Shown: positions 1-14,222, counted from the first letter of the stretch. The stretch is 64,000 bases of DNA from the human T2T-CHM13v2.0 reference genome, Homo sapiens (GCF_009914755.1 NC_060927.1), one strand, 5' to 3'. Program-made: numbers and translations. The notes: a model not told the origin generated them from the letters alone.

Positions 1-668
1 AATGTACTTAACAGGATCATATGTCAATATGTCATGTGAATGGAATGACTTTAAATGTAGAAGGCATTTGAATGGTAGAAATAGTCTCTCCTTTGCGAAG
101 TATTATGCGAAGGAATGAGACTGGGTAAAATTTCCTTTAAATAGACTCACCATCGCACTCTACTCCTTAGCAACTGACCTCTCCCCCTGGAGTTGAGTGA
201 TGGGCACATATTCTGTGTATTTTCCTCTCCCATTTTTTTTTCTATGGATATTTCCTTGAACAGGAAAGCTCAATCATTTCTAGCCTAGGCACATTAGATT
301 CTTGGAGGGATTTCCAGGAGTAAGTACACATCCATCCTTTTCTCTAATTAATTCAAGTACTGAGCATTGATAGGGTCACATGCCCTGTCTTACATGTTGG
401 GATGGATACAAAACTAAATTTGATTTTTTTTAAGTTACAATTTAATGAGGAAGACAGAAATCTGACCTGTATTCACATTTCCTTAATCTCAGGCAAAATT
501 GAAGGGCAAATTGAGATCTGTGCTATGAATTCAGATAAAAGAAAACAGACTTACAGTGGAGACGTTGAGAGTAAGGGAAGCCTTCCTGGAAGAGATAGCA
601 TTAAATCGTGGGTAAGATGTTGATGTCTAAAAGTTAGGAAAGAGTGAGCTAGTTTTCCAGAATAAGAG

Positions 669-1412
669 AATAACCACCCAATGGGTTCACCTTGCCCACT
701 ACCTAGACAGAGCTGATGTATCAAGACAGGAGAATTGCAATGGACAGAGTAATTCACACAGAGGTGGCTGTGTGGGAGACCATAGTTTTATTAATACTCA
801 AATCAGTCTCTCCAAGCATTCCAGTATTGGAGTTTTTAAGGATAATTTGGTGGTTAGGGGCTCAAGAAGTAGGGAGTACTGGTTGGTCGGGTTGGAGATG
901 GAATCAAAGGGGGTCGAAGTGAGTTTTTCTTGCTGTCTTCTTTTCATAGGTGGGATCGCAGAACTGGTTAAGCCAGACAGCCTGTCTGGGTGGTGTCAGC
1001 TGGTGCACCCAGTGCAGGGTCTGCAAAATATCTCAAACACTGATCTTAGGTTTTACAATAGTGATGTTATTCCCACGAGCAATTTGGGGAGGTTCAAACT
1101 CTTGCAGCTAGAGGCTGCATGGCTCCTAAACCATAATTTCTAATTTTGTAGTTAATTTGTTAGTCGTACAAAGGCAGACTGGTCCCCAGGAAAGAAGGGT
1201 GTTTTTTTCTGGGGGGAAAAGGGCTATTACCAATTTTGTTGCAGAATTTTCAGAGTTCAACTATAAACTACTTTCCTTCTCAAGGTTAGTTCAGCCTCCG
1301 CCCAGGAATGAACAAAGACAGCTCCAAGGTTAGCAGAAAATGGAGTTTGTTAGGTCTGATCTCTTTCACTGTCATAATTTCCTGAGTTATAATTTTTGCA
1401 AAGTTGGTTTCA
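669..1412 (-). mobile_element. ERV1 solo LTR, LTR8/LTR8A-like
   Basis: Reverse complement starts TGAAACCAACTTTGCAAAAATTATAACTCAGGAAATTATGACAGTGAAAGAGATCAGACC and ends GGGCAAGGTGAACCCATTGGGTGGTTA, matching LTR8-family termini as recalled; about 740 bp. Confidence 0.85.
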
Positions 1413-2840
1413 GGAGGAGTCACCGAAGTAAAGGTTAGAGATAGAGGACCACAGAGTATAAACCAAGAGATCTCAGTTATTCAGTTTGGCTGGAGCTTGA
1501 TAGGGAAAATTGGGAGATGTGGAATGAAAGTTTAGCCTGAAAAGGCCTTGAGTACCAAGGTGGTTTTGGAACTAGTGGCATTTTGAGTTGGTGGTTGAAT
1601 GAAGGCACGTTTGAAGAATGGGATCTTGCTGAAGAAACTGCATCATCAAATGGTTACCATCTTCCCCTTAAAGCTAGTTGAGCTATGAATGGGTGGAAGG
1701 CTTCCACCCTTTTGACCAATTCTGAAAGCTGGGTGGCCTCCCTAGAAATGATCACTGACTCTGGCAAAAATAAGATAAAGAGAATAAACTCACAAAACAA
1801 AGATACCCCTGTCCTCCAAAGCCTCCATAATGTATCAGCCCCATGTGAGATCCAAACCAGTTTGGAAGTAAATGTAAGAAAGTACTAGAAAATCTAAGAT
1901 TTGCCATCTTGATGCAGAACAACAAAGTGCTTGTCCAGTTGGCTTTTGTTTCTCTTGTCTCATCCTGCTTAGAACTGATGAGCTTCTGGGGAGTTTCTTT
2001 AATCAGCTCCGAAAGGCTGTGAACTTGTTTATTCCCATATCAGTGCAGCAAGATGGAGTCAGTTAAATTTAGCTTAAACATTAAGTACCATTCAAATACG
2101 TCTTTCTCTTAACTATACAAATCCTGCAGAAAATAAGATTTTCATGTCTTAATTGTGATACCTAAAGTGTCTTTTATTCTCAGCATGCTTGAGATAGCAA
2201 AGTAATTTTCGAGCTGAATGTGATTGTCTCAGACAGTCATGATTCAAATATTTAATCTAAAGGGAAAATTCCCAGAGTGCCTCTCTCGTCATTTCTCAGT
2301 TCTATGGAGAATAAAAGCCTCAACTTTATATGATCAGATATTATTTCCATTATTGGTATTATGCTGTAGGCAAATATCCTTCAAGAGGCAAAGTCTACAT
2401 CCCTTGTGCTTAGCGAGTTAGGCGTCACAAAGGCCCAATCTGGCCTTTACAATATGAGCTGCTGCTACCTTGTAATCTGTGGAGAATTTAATAACTATAA
2501 TTTTACTTTATACAGCACAGCCTTTAAGATTTAATAGTAGATTCTTCACACACACAAAGTATATTTTTCTCTTGTAAGGCCTTTTCTTATTCAAAGATCA
2601 AATTTCCTATAGGTTTAGTTGCTTTAACAAAGTGCCTGTCAGGTTGCACTTTGTAGGGGTGGGTGAGGATCTATAGATTGATTACCTGGGGAATTGGATG
2701 AAAGCAACTTTCTTAGCAACCCACTGGCATCATTTCAAGTTTTCTCATTACCCATTAAGAAGCAAATGTCCTAGGTTAATTGTCTTTTCTAAATTGCTGG
2801 CATTTTAATGTATCCCAAATAAATAATGTTACATCTCAAG

Positions 2841-3030
2841 CAGTTTTTCTCCAAGTATAAGTCTTCAGACCACCCATGTATAAATCTCCTGGTGAGATTA
2901 AAAATGCAGATTTCTGAGGTACCCTTAATCTTACTGAGTCAGAATTTCTGGGGATAGGACCGGTAGTTTACATTTTTAAAAAGAGAATAATATGTGATTC
3001 TTATGTACACTAAAGTTTGAGACATACTGG
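2841..3030. mobile_element. MER5-type hAT-Charlie non-autonomous DNA transposon
   Basis: cagtttttctccaag...aaaatgcagatttctg...gtgattcttatgtacactaaagtttgagacatactg. Confidence 0.7.
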
Positions 3031-3141
3031 TCTCTGTGCTTTGAAATTTCACTATTTAATTTTATTCTTACAAATGTTATGTATGATAGTAGTCTCTTCA
3101 GACTTGTAGGTAAAGATAATAAAGTACAGATTGGCTTAAGT

Positions 3142-3996
<855 letters not shown>

Positions 3997-4349
3997 GTTT
4001 AAGTCATGAATTTGTGGAAGTAAATTATGAACCCAAGTCTACATGGCTCTAAATGCTATGTATGTTGAATGATGCTTCTTAGATCATAATCTCATCAAGG
4101 AATTCCAGAGTACAGACGTGTGTGATGACAGGCTTGGGTGTGAAATGCTGTTCAGGACTGCATCATTAACATAGGAGTTCATTATTCTCATTCTTCTAAA
4201 GTGGTCACATTGAACTGACTATCAAGTAACCTCGATTCTAGCCCTGACTTTTCCCCCTAGCTTTGTGACTTTGGGTAGGTTACTTCTCTGTGTTTTAGGG
4301 TTTTAGCTGGGCTTGGCTACCTAACAACAGAGATAAGGAAGAGGATAGT

Positions 4350-4570
4350 TATAAATATCTACACAGTCTTTAGCTGCCAGGCATTGTGCTAAGTGCTTTG
4401 TGTCATTGTTTTTATTCTCAAATATCCTTGAGTTATTTTATTAGGTTCTTTTATTATTTCTATTTAATAGATAAGCAAACTGAGAAATAGAGAGTGAAGC
4501 TCTCTACCAGCCAACTAACAGCTAGCACAGAATATCCAACACCGGAAATTATGCTCTTAATCACTGACTA
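4350..4570 (-). mobile_element. MIR fragment
   Basis: gccaggcattgtgctaagtgcttt...agataagcaaactgag. Confidence 0.55.
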
Positions 4571-4628
4571 CAAAAGTTATAAATAAGTTTATTTTAGTTC
4601 TTTACAGTCTTCAAAATAGCTACAATTT

Positions 4629-4668
4629 AGGTAACAGAGTGAGGCCCTATCTCAAAAAAAAAAAAAAA
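4629..4668 (+). mobile_element. Alu 3'-terminal fragment plus A15
   Basis: ggtaacagagtgaggccctatctc followed by poly(A). Confidence 0.7.
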
Positions 4669-5769
4669 TTCAAGGAAATCTAGTGCCTCATTCATATTTA
4701 GATCTCAGGAGATTGGCATCATATGGAGTGTAACAAAATGTCCACCTTCACAGTCTACATCCTGGAAGAGATCACCATTTTGAACCAGACCAACTGTGAA
4801 CCTCTGGAGATACCCTACTTCCTGCCAAATTCCCACAGATTGGTCACCAAAGCAGGAGGTCACAATGGACTGGAATGAAAGTGAGCAACCAGGGCCAGAT
4901 CTAATCCTTACCTCGTTCAGGCAGAGAGGCCTAGAAGAAGAAATCAGAATCAAGGACCAGTGAGTGGCTGCTGTGTATTTCTCATCTGTCTGTAGCTATC
5001 ATCCTTGCAGCCCTTCCTTCCATAACAGAATGCAATTTCCAAAGAAAACCAATGAATATAGAAATAGAGCTGCCCTTTTACACAGGAAAATCCTCTGACT
5101 CGAGGAAAATAGAAAAGGGGATTAACAGCACTCAGGGTGTAAGAAGTCAGGGGAAAACGTGAGAAATCAGCAATCCGTTGATATGAACAGTAGAGTGACA
5201 TTTAAGCTGGCCAAGGAGACCCAGGAGATCATGTTCAAGCATTTCTTTAAGGCAGAGAAATACCATCTCATTCAAGTCTTTGCTATTGCCTGGAAAACAC
5301 CTTACAGCTAGAAATAATAATAATAAATAAAAAGGCCTTTGCAAAAAGTGTTGTGGAGTAATGTTGGAATTTGTTTTTTAAATGAAGGTTTTGGAAAACC
5401 AGAGGTATCCCATTGAGAATTTATACCATATTTTTTGAGATGGGGATAGGAAAGGGTGGATGAAAAGATATACTGAGGATACTTGGTAATGAGATGCACA
5501 TTCTCTTTTTTAGAGATAAAGATAGAAAAGATTGGCCGGAGAGAGAAGCTTGTTAACTTACAGGCCTGACTCTACCAGCAAACTAACAGTCTGCTTAGAA
5601 TTTTTCCAGAAGGAATGGCTGGCTACTTCGCAGCTCTTTTTTTTACACTGTTTCCTTGGGACCTCACTAGCTGCATGTGGATCAGATTTGTCTAATTGAG
5701 AAGCCAAAATATTTAGAAGTACTAGAGGGATGGGCAGCCTACTCAGATGGAATTAAGTTTTGTGTGTGT

Positions 5770-6059
5770 GTTTGTTGTTGTTTTTGTTTGTTTTTGAAAC
5801 AGGGTTTTACTTTGTTACCCAGGCTGTAGTGCAGTGGCATGATCATGGCTCACTGCAGCCTCACCCTCCTAAGCTCAGGTGATCCTCCCACCTCAGCCTC
5901 TCTTGAGTAGTTGGGACTACCAGTGTGCACCACCACACCCAGCTAATTTTTGTATTTTTGTAGAGATAGGGTTTCACCATGTTGCCCAGGCTGGTCTCAA
6001 ACTCCTGGGCTCACGCAATCCACCCACCTCAGCCTCTCAAAGTGCTGACATTACAGGCA
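5770..6059 (-). mobile_element. Alu, AluJ-like
   Basis: gatcatggctcactgcagcctc, ttgcccaggctggtctcaaactcctgggctca; T/GT-rich decayed tail. Confidence 0.92.
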
Positions 6060-7117
6060 ATCTTGTGTTAATATTCAGGAGCAGATGTGCTTATCTGGCA
6101 TTTTCCTTCTCTGGGCCCCAAAATCTTGACCATTGTAGTCATAAAGTTCTCTACCAGCTCAAACATTTTAAAGCAACAGTATTTGGGAGTGTTCTTTAAC
6201 TCATGGCCTTTATGGTGACAACAGAAGCATTGATTGAGAATGACTGCTAACATTTTTGAGGCTCTATCATCTGACAACTGCTGTACACAGAACTTGCTGT
6301 AGGTTAACTCCTTTAAGTGACAAAGCAGACTTCAGAGGCTTCAAGCGACAAAGTAATTTGCACAAGTTTAAATTTTCTGTCTAGAGTTGTTCCATATTCT
6401 TCAATAATGAGATGTACTGGTGCTTCCCAACTTCTTTTTCTGAAACAAGACACAAGAAACAAAATGTTTTAGTATGCTGGGGTGTATTTTACAAGCAAAT
6501 AGCAGAGGCTAGAGGGCTGATAGAAACAGTATCATGACATATAACCTAAGTGACGCAAATGCCCAAGATCCTAAGATCTTTCTATGAGGGAACTAGTTCC
6601 ATCCCTTTTCTCAGAAGGTTCTTTTGCATTAGTCCAGCCTGTTTTCTCCACTGTGATCCCACATGTAGGATCTTGCTTTCATCTTATGTCACCTACTCTG
6701 GGATGACCAATTCTTGAATCATGGCCGTTATTATACATCATTTTCATCTGGAATTCTCTTACTGCTTATACTTTTGCAGAAAGTGTGATTTTTGCTATTG
6801 AGTTTCTGAATGATTTTGCTTCTCTTTAACATACTCCGCAAATACTAGTTGTCTGCTTTACCAGTTCACAGGGATGCCCTGAATGATGTTACAACACCTC
6901 TTCCCTCTCTCTCTTGCTATCCGCTCCCTTGCTTTCTCATTCTGGATTTACCAAGACTAGGTATTCTCCAGGGCAAAGGCAAGAGTTTTAAATTCTGTTA
7001 TTGTTTGCAGGAAACTTCACTTTCCTCTCATCCAAGCTGGAAATGGTTCTCCTGTAGTGCAGCACCATAACACTTTCTGTATAACATAGTTATTTCCTAA
7101 TGGATTTATTTATTTAT

Positions 7118-7308
7118 TTCATAATGGATCAGACAGTACATATTTTAGGTTCCACAGGTCATATGGTTTCTGTTGCAACTGTGCAACTCTGTCATTGCAA
7201 CATGAAAGCAGCCATGGGCAGCATAAAAATGAATGACCATGGTTGTGCTCCAAAAGAACTTTATTTACAGTAACAGATATTAGACTGCATTTGGCCCATA
7301 GGGCCACT
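7118..7308. mobile_element. MER58A hAT DNA transposon
   Basis: cagacagtacatattttagg...aaagcagccat...aactttatttaca...tttggcccatagggcc. Confidence 0.8.
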
Positions 7309-7749
7309 GTGATTCCAGCTCAGAAATCACTAGCTTTGCCTTTACTTATAAAGAGTAGAGGCAAGAGGTTACCTTTTAATCATATCATATATTCTAGCAA
7401 CAGTCAACTACAATATGCCTTTTGGAAGGGTACATCTTTATTTTTATCCTTCTCTGCAACTTGTTCAGGATAATGTCTCTGAGCCATTTTTCTCCTATTG
7501 GGTCTTTTCTCCTACTGGATTCTTTATCTCTCTCCATTTGAAATTCCTGGCTGCAAGGGTTTCAGGTGGGGACTAGTGTGGCATTACTGAAAGGCAACCA
7601 AAATCAGTGAGACTTAGTGCTAGTCCTGATGCTGCCATTTACTAACTCCCTGATGTTGATTCCTCAGAGCCTTTTCATACCTTATCTGTAAAGCAGACAC
7701 TCCTCAAGGGGTTATTGAAAAGGTAAAAGTGCCACCCACGGGAGCTTTT

Positions 7750-7910
7750 GACTTAGGCCCCTACTTCTTGCTAGCTGTGTCATCTAGAGCAAGTTACTTA
7801 ACTGCTCTATACCTCAGTGCCATTGCCTGTAAGATGAAATGAGACCTTGTAAAAATTAAATAACATAATGTATGTAAAAATGCTCACTGCAGAGCTTTGC
7901 ACACAGTTAG
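7750..7910 (+). mobile_element. MIR fragment
   Basis: ctagctgtgt...gcaagttacttaac...cctcagt...tgtaagatg. Confidence 0.6.
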
Positions 7911-9207
7911 TCTATACTAACCAGTATTTGTATTTTTATGTATCATTATACTCATTTATCACTATACTTATGGACTGCTTCATAAATTCCAAGCCAGAGT
8001 ACACAGTCACATACAATGTCTAACCTTTTCTTCTACCATCAAATATATTTGGCCACTTAAATAAAAGAGCTTATTTCGTCTTACTCATATGCTTTCTTGA
8101 ACTAGAAATTTCGGTGATAGAAAACCATTGCAAGCTACCTGAGACCTATTTTCCTAATTTTGTTCCTGTAGATACATTTCAGATGTTAGAGGAGGGAACA
8201 TTTAGGCTGTAAGATCCAATTCAGGCATCCTGTTTCTCTCTGAGCTATTAATTAAACTTGACTCCTGAAACGCCAATAAATTGCAAAGGGCTTCCAACTT
8301 GCTACAGTTCTGTAATATTTCAATCAAAGTTTCTTTATGATCCTTGTTTTCTTCCCACGCTCCTCCACCCCAAGAACATCTGAAAGCAATTTTAAAAACT
8401 CAACATGCAATGTAAGAATGAATTACTGCAATCAGTCAAAGAGATCACATTAGTTCATGAAAAGTAGCATGGTTGAAAAACTGCACTAGGAAGATCAAGG
8501 ATTCATATTAAAGAGGGGGTTGGGGCAAAAGCAAAATGAATGGCTTTTAATAATTTTAAAACATGGTTGATACAAGGTGTAGAAGCTTTTTGCTTCTAAA
8601 ACAAACTGGTTTTCTTATGCTAAAACCTTGTTACAAAGCTGATGCCAATCTCCTGCTTGTTTCTTTATAGGAGACTGATTTCTTTTTTCCTTTCTGGAAA
8701 TTTCTCCAGAATCATTCCCTATGGATTCAGAAAATTCTGCTATTTTCTAAGGACATCATAAAATTTGAGATCAATTCTCCTACCAGCTCTGTTATCTTGA
8801 CTATCTCTTTTTTCAGGTTTTGGGGGGGTTTGGCTTGGAGCGTTTAAATCAGCATTTACCATCTTCAAATTCAAAGTTATCTGCACCTACTTTTTTCTTC
8901 GTTTTCACAAGCAAAATGCTTTCTAATTGCTAAAAAATTTGTACCAGAAATCACAGCACATAAGTCCCCATTTTTCTGGACATGATATTCTCTTATGAAA
9001 AGGTGTTACGGAAATAAAGATCCCTTAGAGACTACAGCAAAGACTAATAAAGGACGATAAAGTCCTACGGCACCCATATAGACAAGAGGAAGAGTTAACA
9101 GTCACAGATGTTTAGTTCTTCAGCATGTGTGTTTTATTTGGGCATAGAGTGTTTTTAAATTTTCAGCTGGCATTTTAAAATTTCATAGGAAAAAAAGTCA
9201 AGATAAG

Positions 9208-9428
9208 CAGCAAGTTGTACCTGGAAAGAGCCAGATAGTAACTATTTTAGGCTTTGAGGCTTACAGGTTTCTATCACAAACACTTAACTCTGCCATCGTG
9301 GGGAGAAAGCAACCATAAGCAATATGCAAATGAATGGGGGTGTGGCTGTGTTTCAATAAAACTTTATTTGTAAAAGCAAGCAGGGGATCAGGTGTGGCCA
9401 TTAGGTCTTAGATTATGAACATCTGATC
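9208..9428. mobile_element. MER58A hAT DNA transposon
   Basis: gccagatagtaactattttaggctttg...tgtggctgtgtttcaataaaactttatt. Confidence 0.8.
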
Positions 9429-10017
9429 TAGATTATCACCTTCCCTAGTGGGGATGCGGAAGGGAGCCCAGAAGATCAGCATCTCTGGGTCCGTATTCAC
9501 CATAATAGCCTTGAGCCAATTAACAACAGTTCTTTTTTCACACAGAAGAACTTTATGGTTTGCCACAGTCCCCACTACTCCCTATGAACTCCCAACCCAG
9601 TTTACTTCAGTCGTTAGCAGTATTTATCTGGCCTCTGTATAATTTAGACTCTATAACTCTGATTTAAGGGTTGTAAACTGAACCGTGCATATGTATAGTT
9701 ATTGCTATAAGTAGCAAATGTTATCTTAAAAACTCTGGTGGGCCAAAGTGTGGATAACAAGACTGCAGTAAGAAAGAAATTGGTACTCAGCGCCTCAATC
9801 GGCTTTGTTTGATGAAGCACTGCTTTAAGAGGCTGTGCATATAATCCCTGCTCTAGAAGACCTGAGAGTTTAATGTTCTGCACAAATCCAAAGAAAAGCA
9901 AAATGTTGAGTATGTGTTATATACAATGAGAGACAAATGCTGTTCTTATTTAATTATGTTATGCCAGTATCTTATACACGCTGTTCTTATTTAAATATCT
10001 TCTAATAAATAACAGAA

Positions 10018-10213
10018 CAGAGTTTCTCAAAGGCTGGTCCTTGGACTTTTTGCAGTAGAATCATGAGGGATGGGAGGGATACATGCTTATAGTTAGATTA
10101 GAACTACAGATACCTAGGCCTACCACAGATTTCCTGAATTAGCCTTCTAGGATCTGCATTTTTAAAAAGTCCCAAGGTATTTCTTATACACTATAAAATT
10201 GCAGAATTGCTCC
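10018..10213. mobile_element. MER5-type DNA transposon
   Basis: cagagtttctcaaag...atctgcatttttaaaaagtcccaaggtatttcttatacactataaa. Confidence 0.65.
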
Positions 10214-10642
10214 TATAAAACAAGGACAGGTATTGTACTTCCTGTTTGTTTATTGGATGTAATTTAAATTCCTTTTTAACAGAAAAACAGCAGGATACAT
10301 CTTCAGGACAGAGTCAATTACATGTACGAACATACATTCCAGACACAATTAAGCATTGAGGAAGAGGTTGTTTATCTGTGTCAGAAAGAGCTCCATGCTG
10401 GGTCTCCTAATAAGTAGTCGTGTGGCCGTGGACCAGCCACTTAACTGGTCTGGTCTCTATATTCTAATCTGAGGGCAGAAATGAGGGCATTGCTAAAAGA
10501 CCAAGACCCTTGTAGCTGGGAAACTGACTTTGAAATTCCATTAAAGAATTCCTATGCTGAAGCATATGGTACTGTCTTACTTGATTAGTGAGATGGAAGG
10601 ACAGTATTCCCTCCTAACAGGTGGCTTACCTGTATTCCAGTA

Positions 10643-11010
10643 GAGTGGGGCTTCCCACCTTTGGATGCTCATTGGCATCATACAGGGAGCTTTTTAAATT
10701 CCTGATGTCCAGGCCATGCTCCAGATCAACTGAATCCAAATTTCTGGTGCTAGAACCCAGGCATCAGTATTGTTAAAATTCCTTGGGTGTTTCTAATGTG
10801 CCACCCAGGTAAGAACAGCAGCACTAGAGCAATGGTAGCCAAAGTTACTTAATTAAAAGAGTAACCTGGGTTGCTTGTTGAAAGTGGAAGGTCTCAGTCA
10901 CTGTCCTGAACAATCCAATTCATTGAGCCTAGGATAGGTTCTGGAAATCTGTTTTTGATGAGCAACCAAGACGATTGTTGGAATCAGATAAATTGGGGTA
11001 AACACCACAC
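10643..11010. mobile_element. Two abutting MER5-type DNA transposons
   Basis: MER5A-like unit (about 10643-10822) and a second MER5-like unit (about 10830-11010) joined at cactagag, a CTAG-centred Charlie-type target site. Confidence 0.6.
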
Positions 11011-11047
11011 CAGAGAATTTCTTAGTGTATTAAGCAGATTCAATGCA

Positions 11048-11611
11048 GTAGAGGGGTTTTTCTTCAACCCCCATAGGTTTGTAGTTAAAATGGACACCTG
11101 TTACAAAAGATAGATTAACAAGAGAAAAATAAAAGTTTATTAACATGTGTATTTTATATATTCATGGGGGACACTCGGAGTAGCTCTCTAAGAGTGACTT
11201 TGAATTCCAGCTTATATAGCATCTTCAAAAAGGAACTATACATTTTTAGAGAGTTGACAAGACAAAGGAAAAGAACTTTGAGTCTCTAGGGGTAGCAATT
11301 TAAGGGAGAAGACAAATAACTGGAAGAGAAAAGCTCTTGTAATAGACAAGCTTGTTAATGTGGATTCCTCTGGTATCATCTCCAGGCTGATGAGGGTGTA
11401 AAGCTGTCTTCAGTGGTTAACTTTGTTCTCCCCAGCAGAGAGGGGGAAGTTTACCTTTGTGTTTGCAAAGCTCTGTCTTGTTTTTAGGCAAGCAGAGTGA
11501 GGTCAGAGAGCTATCCTACATCTGTTTCATCTTAATGGTCTTCAGCTCAACAGTCCTATTTGGGATTCCTATTTGGGATTCCTATTTGGGGGCAGCAAGT
11601 TCTATTCTTCC
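11048..11611 (-). mobile_element. ERV1 solo LTR, MER31/MER34/MER67 group
   Basis: taacaaaagacagattaacaagagaaaa-type 3' motif, gtggattcctctggt, cttcagctcaa. Confidence 0.7.
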
Positions 11612-11804
11612 ACACTGGAAAGCAGTGTGGAATGCTCTATTAAGAGCATTAAGGAATAGAGATGTATAATCGAAATAAGAATACACAATTGTGGGAGATT
11701 CCAGGAAAGTAAGGGTCTGAAGGAGGTGGGAGATCTGAGAAAAGTCACTAACCACCCTCTTGAGCACTTGTAGGTAAACAAGTAGGAGCTTGCATAGGAA
11801 TATG

Positions 11805-12317
11805 ATATCAGGGAGGAAATACAGTTTCTCCTCAAGTCATAAATTTGTAGCTGGGACAGATCCCTGTAATAAAAGACAGATTAACAAGAGAAAACAAGCA
11901 GGTTTATTAACGCATGCAGTACACATCATGCAGGGGAAACCTCAGTGAAAGGTAATTGAAGGCAATGGCTTAGAACTCTAGCTCCTACAGCATCTTCAAC
12001 AAAATAACAATAAATTCTAGAGAATTGACAAGGCAAAGAAAGTAGTTTTAGGCTTCCAGAGGTGAAAAACTATGGAAAGGTAAATATATAGAAGTAAACT
12101 AATGGAGTAAGGTTTGTTTGTGGATTCCTCTGGTGCCATATCTGAGCTGACAAGAGTTTTCTCCAGTAAAGGAGAATTTATATTCCATCTGTCTGTATAG
12201 AAAAGAAGGGAGGACAGAAAGCATTCTTCCTTTGTTTGCTGCTGCCTAGCTGTCTTTAGCTCAATAATATTTATGTCAGAGAGACCTATTTGGCATGACA
12301 TATTCTGGTTTCTGTCA
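11805..12317 (-). mobile_element. ERV1 solo LTR, MER31/MER34/MER67 group (second copy)
   Basis: Reverse complement starts TGACAGAAACCAGAATATG; shares blocks with the 11048-11611 LTR. Confidence 0.75.
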
Positions 12318-13890
12318 GTAGGAAGGCAGATGCCACTGCCACAGTGGGATGGCAGAAGAAAACTGACAGAAGTGCATGGAAGGCTGTTGTCCCATTGTCA
12401 GTGATAGGCCTGGGGACACTGGTGATTAGAGGGTCAGGAGTTGGGAAGAAGACCTGGAAGCAAAGCAAGGGAAAGTGAGGATGACCTAGAGCCCACATCT
12501 GTCATTTACCTCCTCTACCTATGATGACCTTCCCAGGGTATAGGGCTGCCTTTGGAGACTTCTGTTCTGACCAAATCTAAAACAGAATCAAAAAGCGAAG
12601 AAGCCAAATTGACCCAGTATTAAACCACTATGCCAGGAAAATGGCTTTTTTGTTCTCCTAAAATTGGGCCTTTTAACAAATGAGATGACTCCCTTATCTG
12701 TCCTTAAATTGTGTTCACTGGAGAAAAAAGCACACTTCACAGATTTGTTGCTCTCCACTGGGCTGGAATTAAGTCATTTTATCCCCAACTCTGATTTTTC
12801 ATTCAGTTGTCTCCCACCAGCTTTGTGTAACTGATCCAAGCACCAAGCACTAGTAGTCTTTGGTCCATCTTTGGACAAACAAGGAGTCTGTAGCTTTTGT
12901 TTCTTTGGTTGTCTCTGTTCCTAGAAGTCACATTGTGAAGATGGACTTGATTGTGTCTCTGTTTCTTAAGTAAAGCCTGATATAGCGTGTAAGCCATTTA
13001 TAGGTGATTCTCACCTTATCGGTTTATGTTCAGCTGCACAAGGACATCATGTGATTATTGTGGTGTGAGCACTCTAGTAGTAATTTTTATTTGGTGGGTT
13101 TGAGAAGTTTTTGATGCTTTAATGGACCGGGTGTTTCTGAGCTAAGTTTGTGGACAAGTATATCATTTTGTATTCATAGCCACTATTTGCTATATAATCT
13201 GGCTGTTCATGCAACAATGGCTGCAGGGAAGTAGGGAACAATAGAAGGAAAACTCTAAATATTCAGAAAAAGGCAGGAAACAGAAAAATCGAGCCTGAGG
13301 CAGACAGCAGAGGAGCAAGGTCAGTAGGGAAGGAAGAGGAAGCATTCTTGTCAAAGGTCGCACAGTATTTCAGTCTCCTAACGTTTTAACATGTGTGATG
13401 AACTCCGCAAGCAAAATCCACCAGGCTTGCTTTATTCCACGTATGGGCTAAAAAAGAGTAAGCTCTATTATAATTCCCAAATTAATCAACCCCAGTCTGA
13501 GCAGTACAAAATGGAGTTTTTAGACAAAATGCTGCAACTAATTCATACAACTTTAAGCAAATTGTTTTTGATCTCTGGGCCTCCGCTTTCCCACCATTAA
13601 ATGTGGTGCTTGGATTGGATTAGAGATTACATATTAGCAGCCAGTGGGTTCTCCCTGTATATATACTAACTGACCCTCGAGTTTTGACTATAGGGGTTTT
13701 CGTTCATTTTTTAAAACAAAACAAACAACAACAAAAACTAGACTCTACATTTTATTTGAATTTCATTTATTTTTCTAATTTTTTTTTTCTATCCCAAGAT
13801 TTAATGTAGGATACCACAATGCTTTTAGTACAGGGTGATTTCTTTTAATGGAATTGTCAACATTCAAAAAGTGAAATATTTCACATAAAA

Positions 13891-13961
13891 GATGTGGATT
13901 TCACACTTCCTTTGAAAGCTCAGGTGATCTGATGTGGATTTCACACTTCCCTTGACAGCTC
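13891..13961. repeat. Direct repeat, 31-bp unit at 40-bp period
   Basis: gatgtggatttcacacttcctttgaaagctc / gatgtggatttcacacttcccttgacagctc (29/31). Confidence 0.9.
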
Positions 13962-14222
13962 GGAGAACAAAAGCCCTGTGTTTCCATCTAGCAGTGATAA
14001 GCTGGAGCTGAGATGCTACTGCTCTTTTAGGCATGACATGTGCCTTCATTTTCCCCAATCTCCGCTACTCTCTATTGCCTCCCAGACAATGAGACCAACT
14101 GACAACCGCCATTACCATCACTTGTTACCTCCTCTTGCTATACAGTGAAGAGAATATGAAACATCTAGAAAAAGAAATTGAGCAAGAACAAATTTAAGGA
14201 AATAAAAATACACTTAAATAAC

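Noticed and set aside
772-1143. 123-aa ORF
   Set aside because: Antisense frame wholly within the LTR8 element, with a non-ATG start
13891-13961. CRISPR-like repeat-spacer appearance
   Set aside because: Only two copies with a 9-bp spacer, in primate DNA with no cas genes
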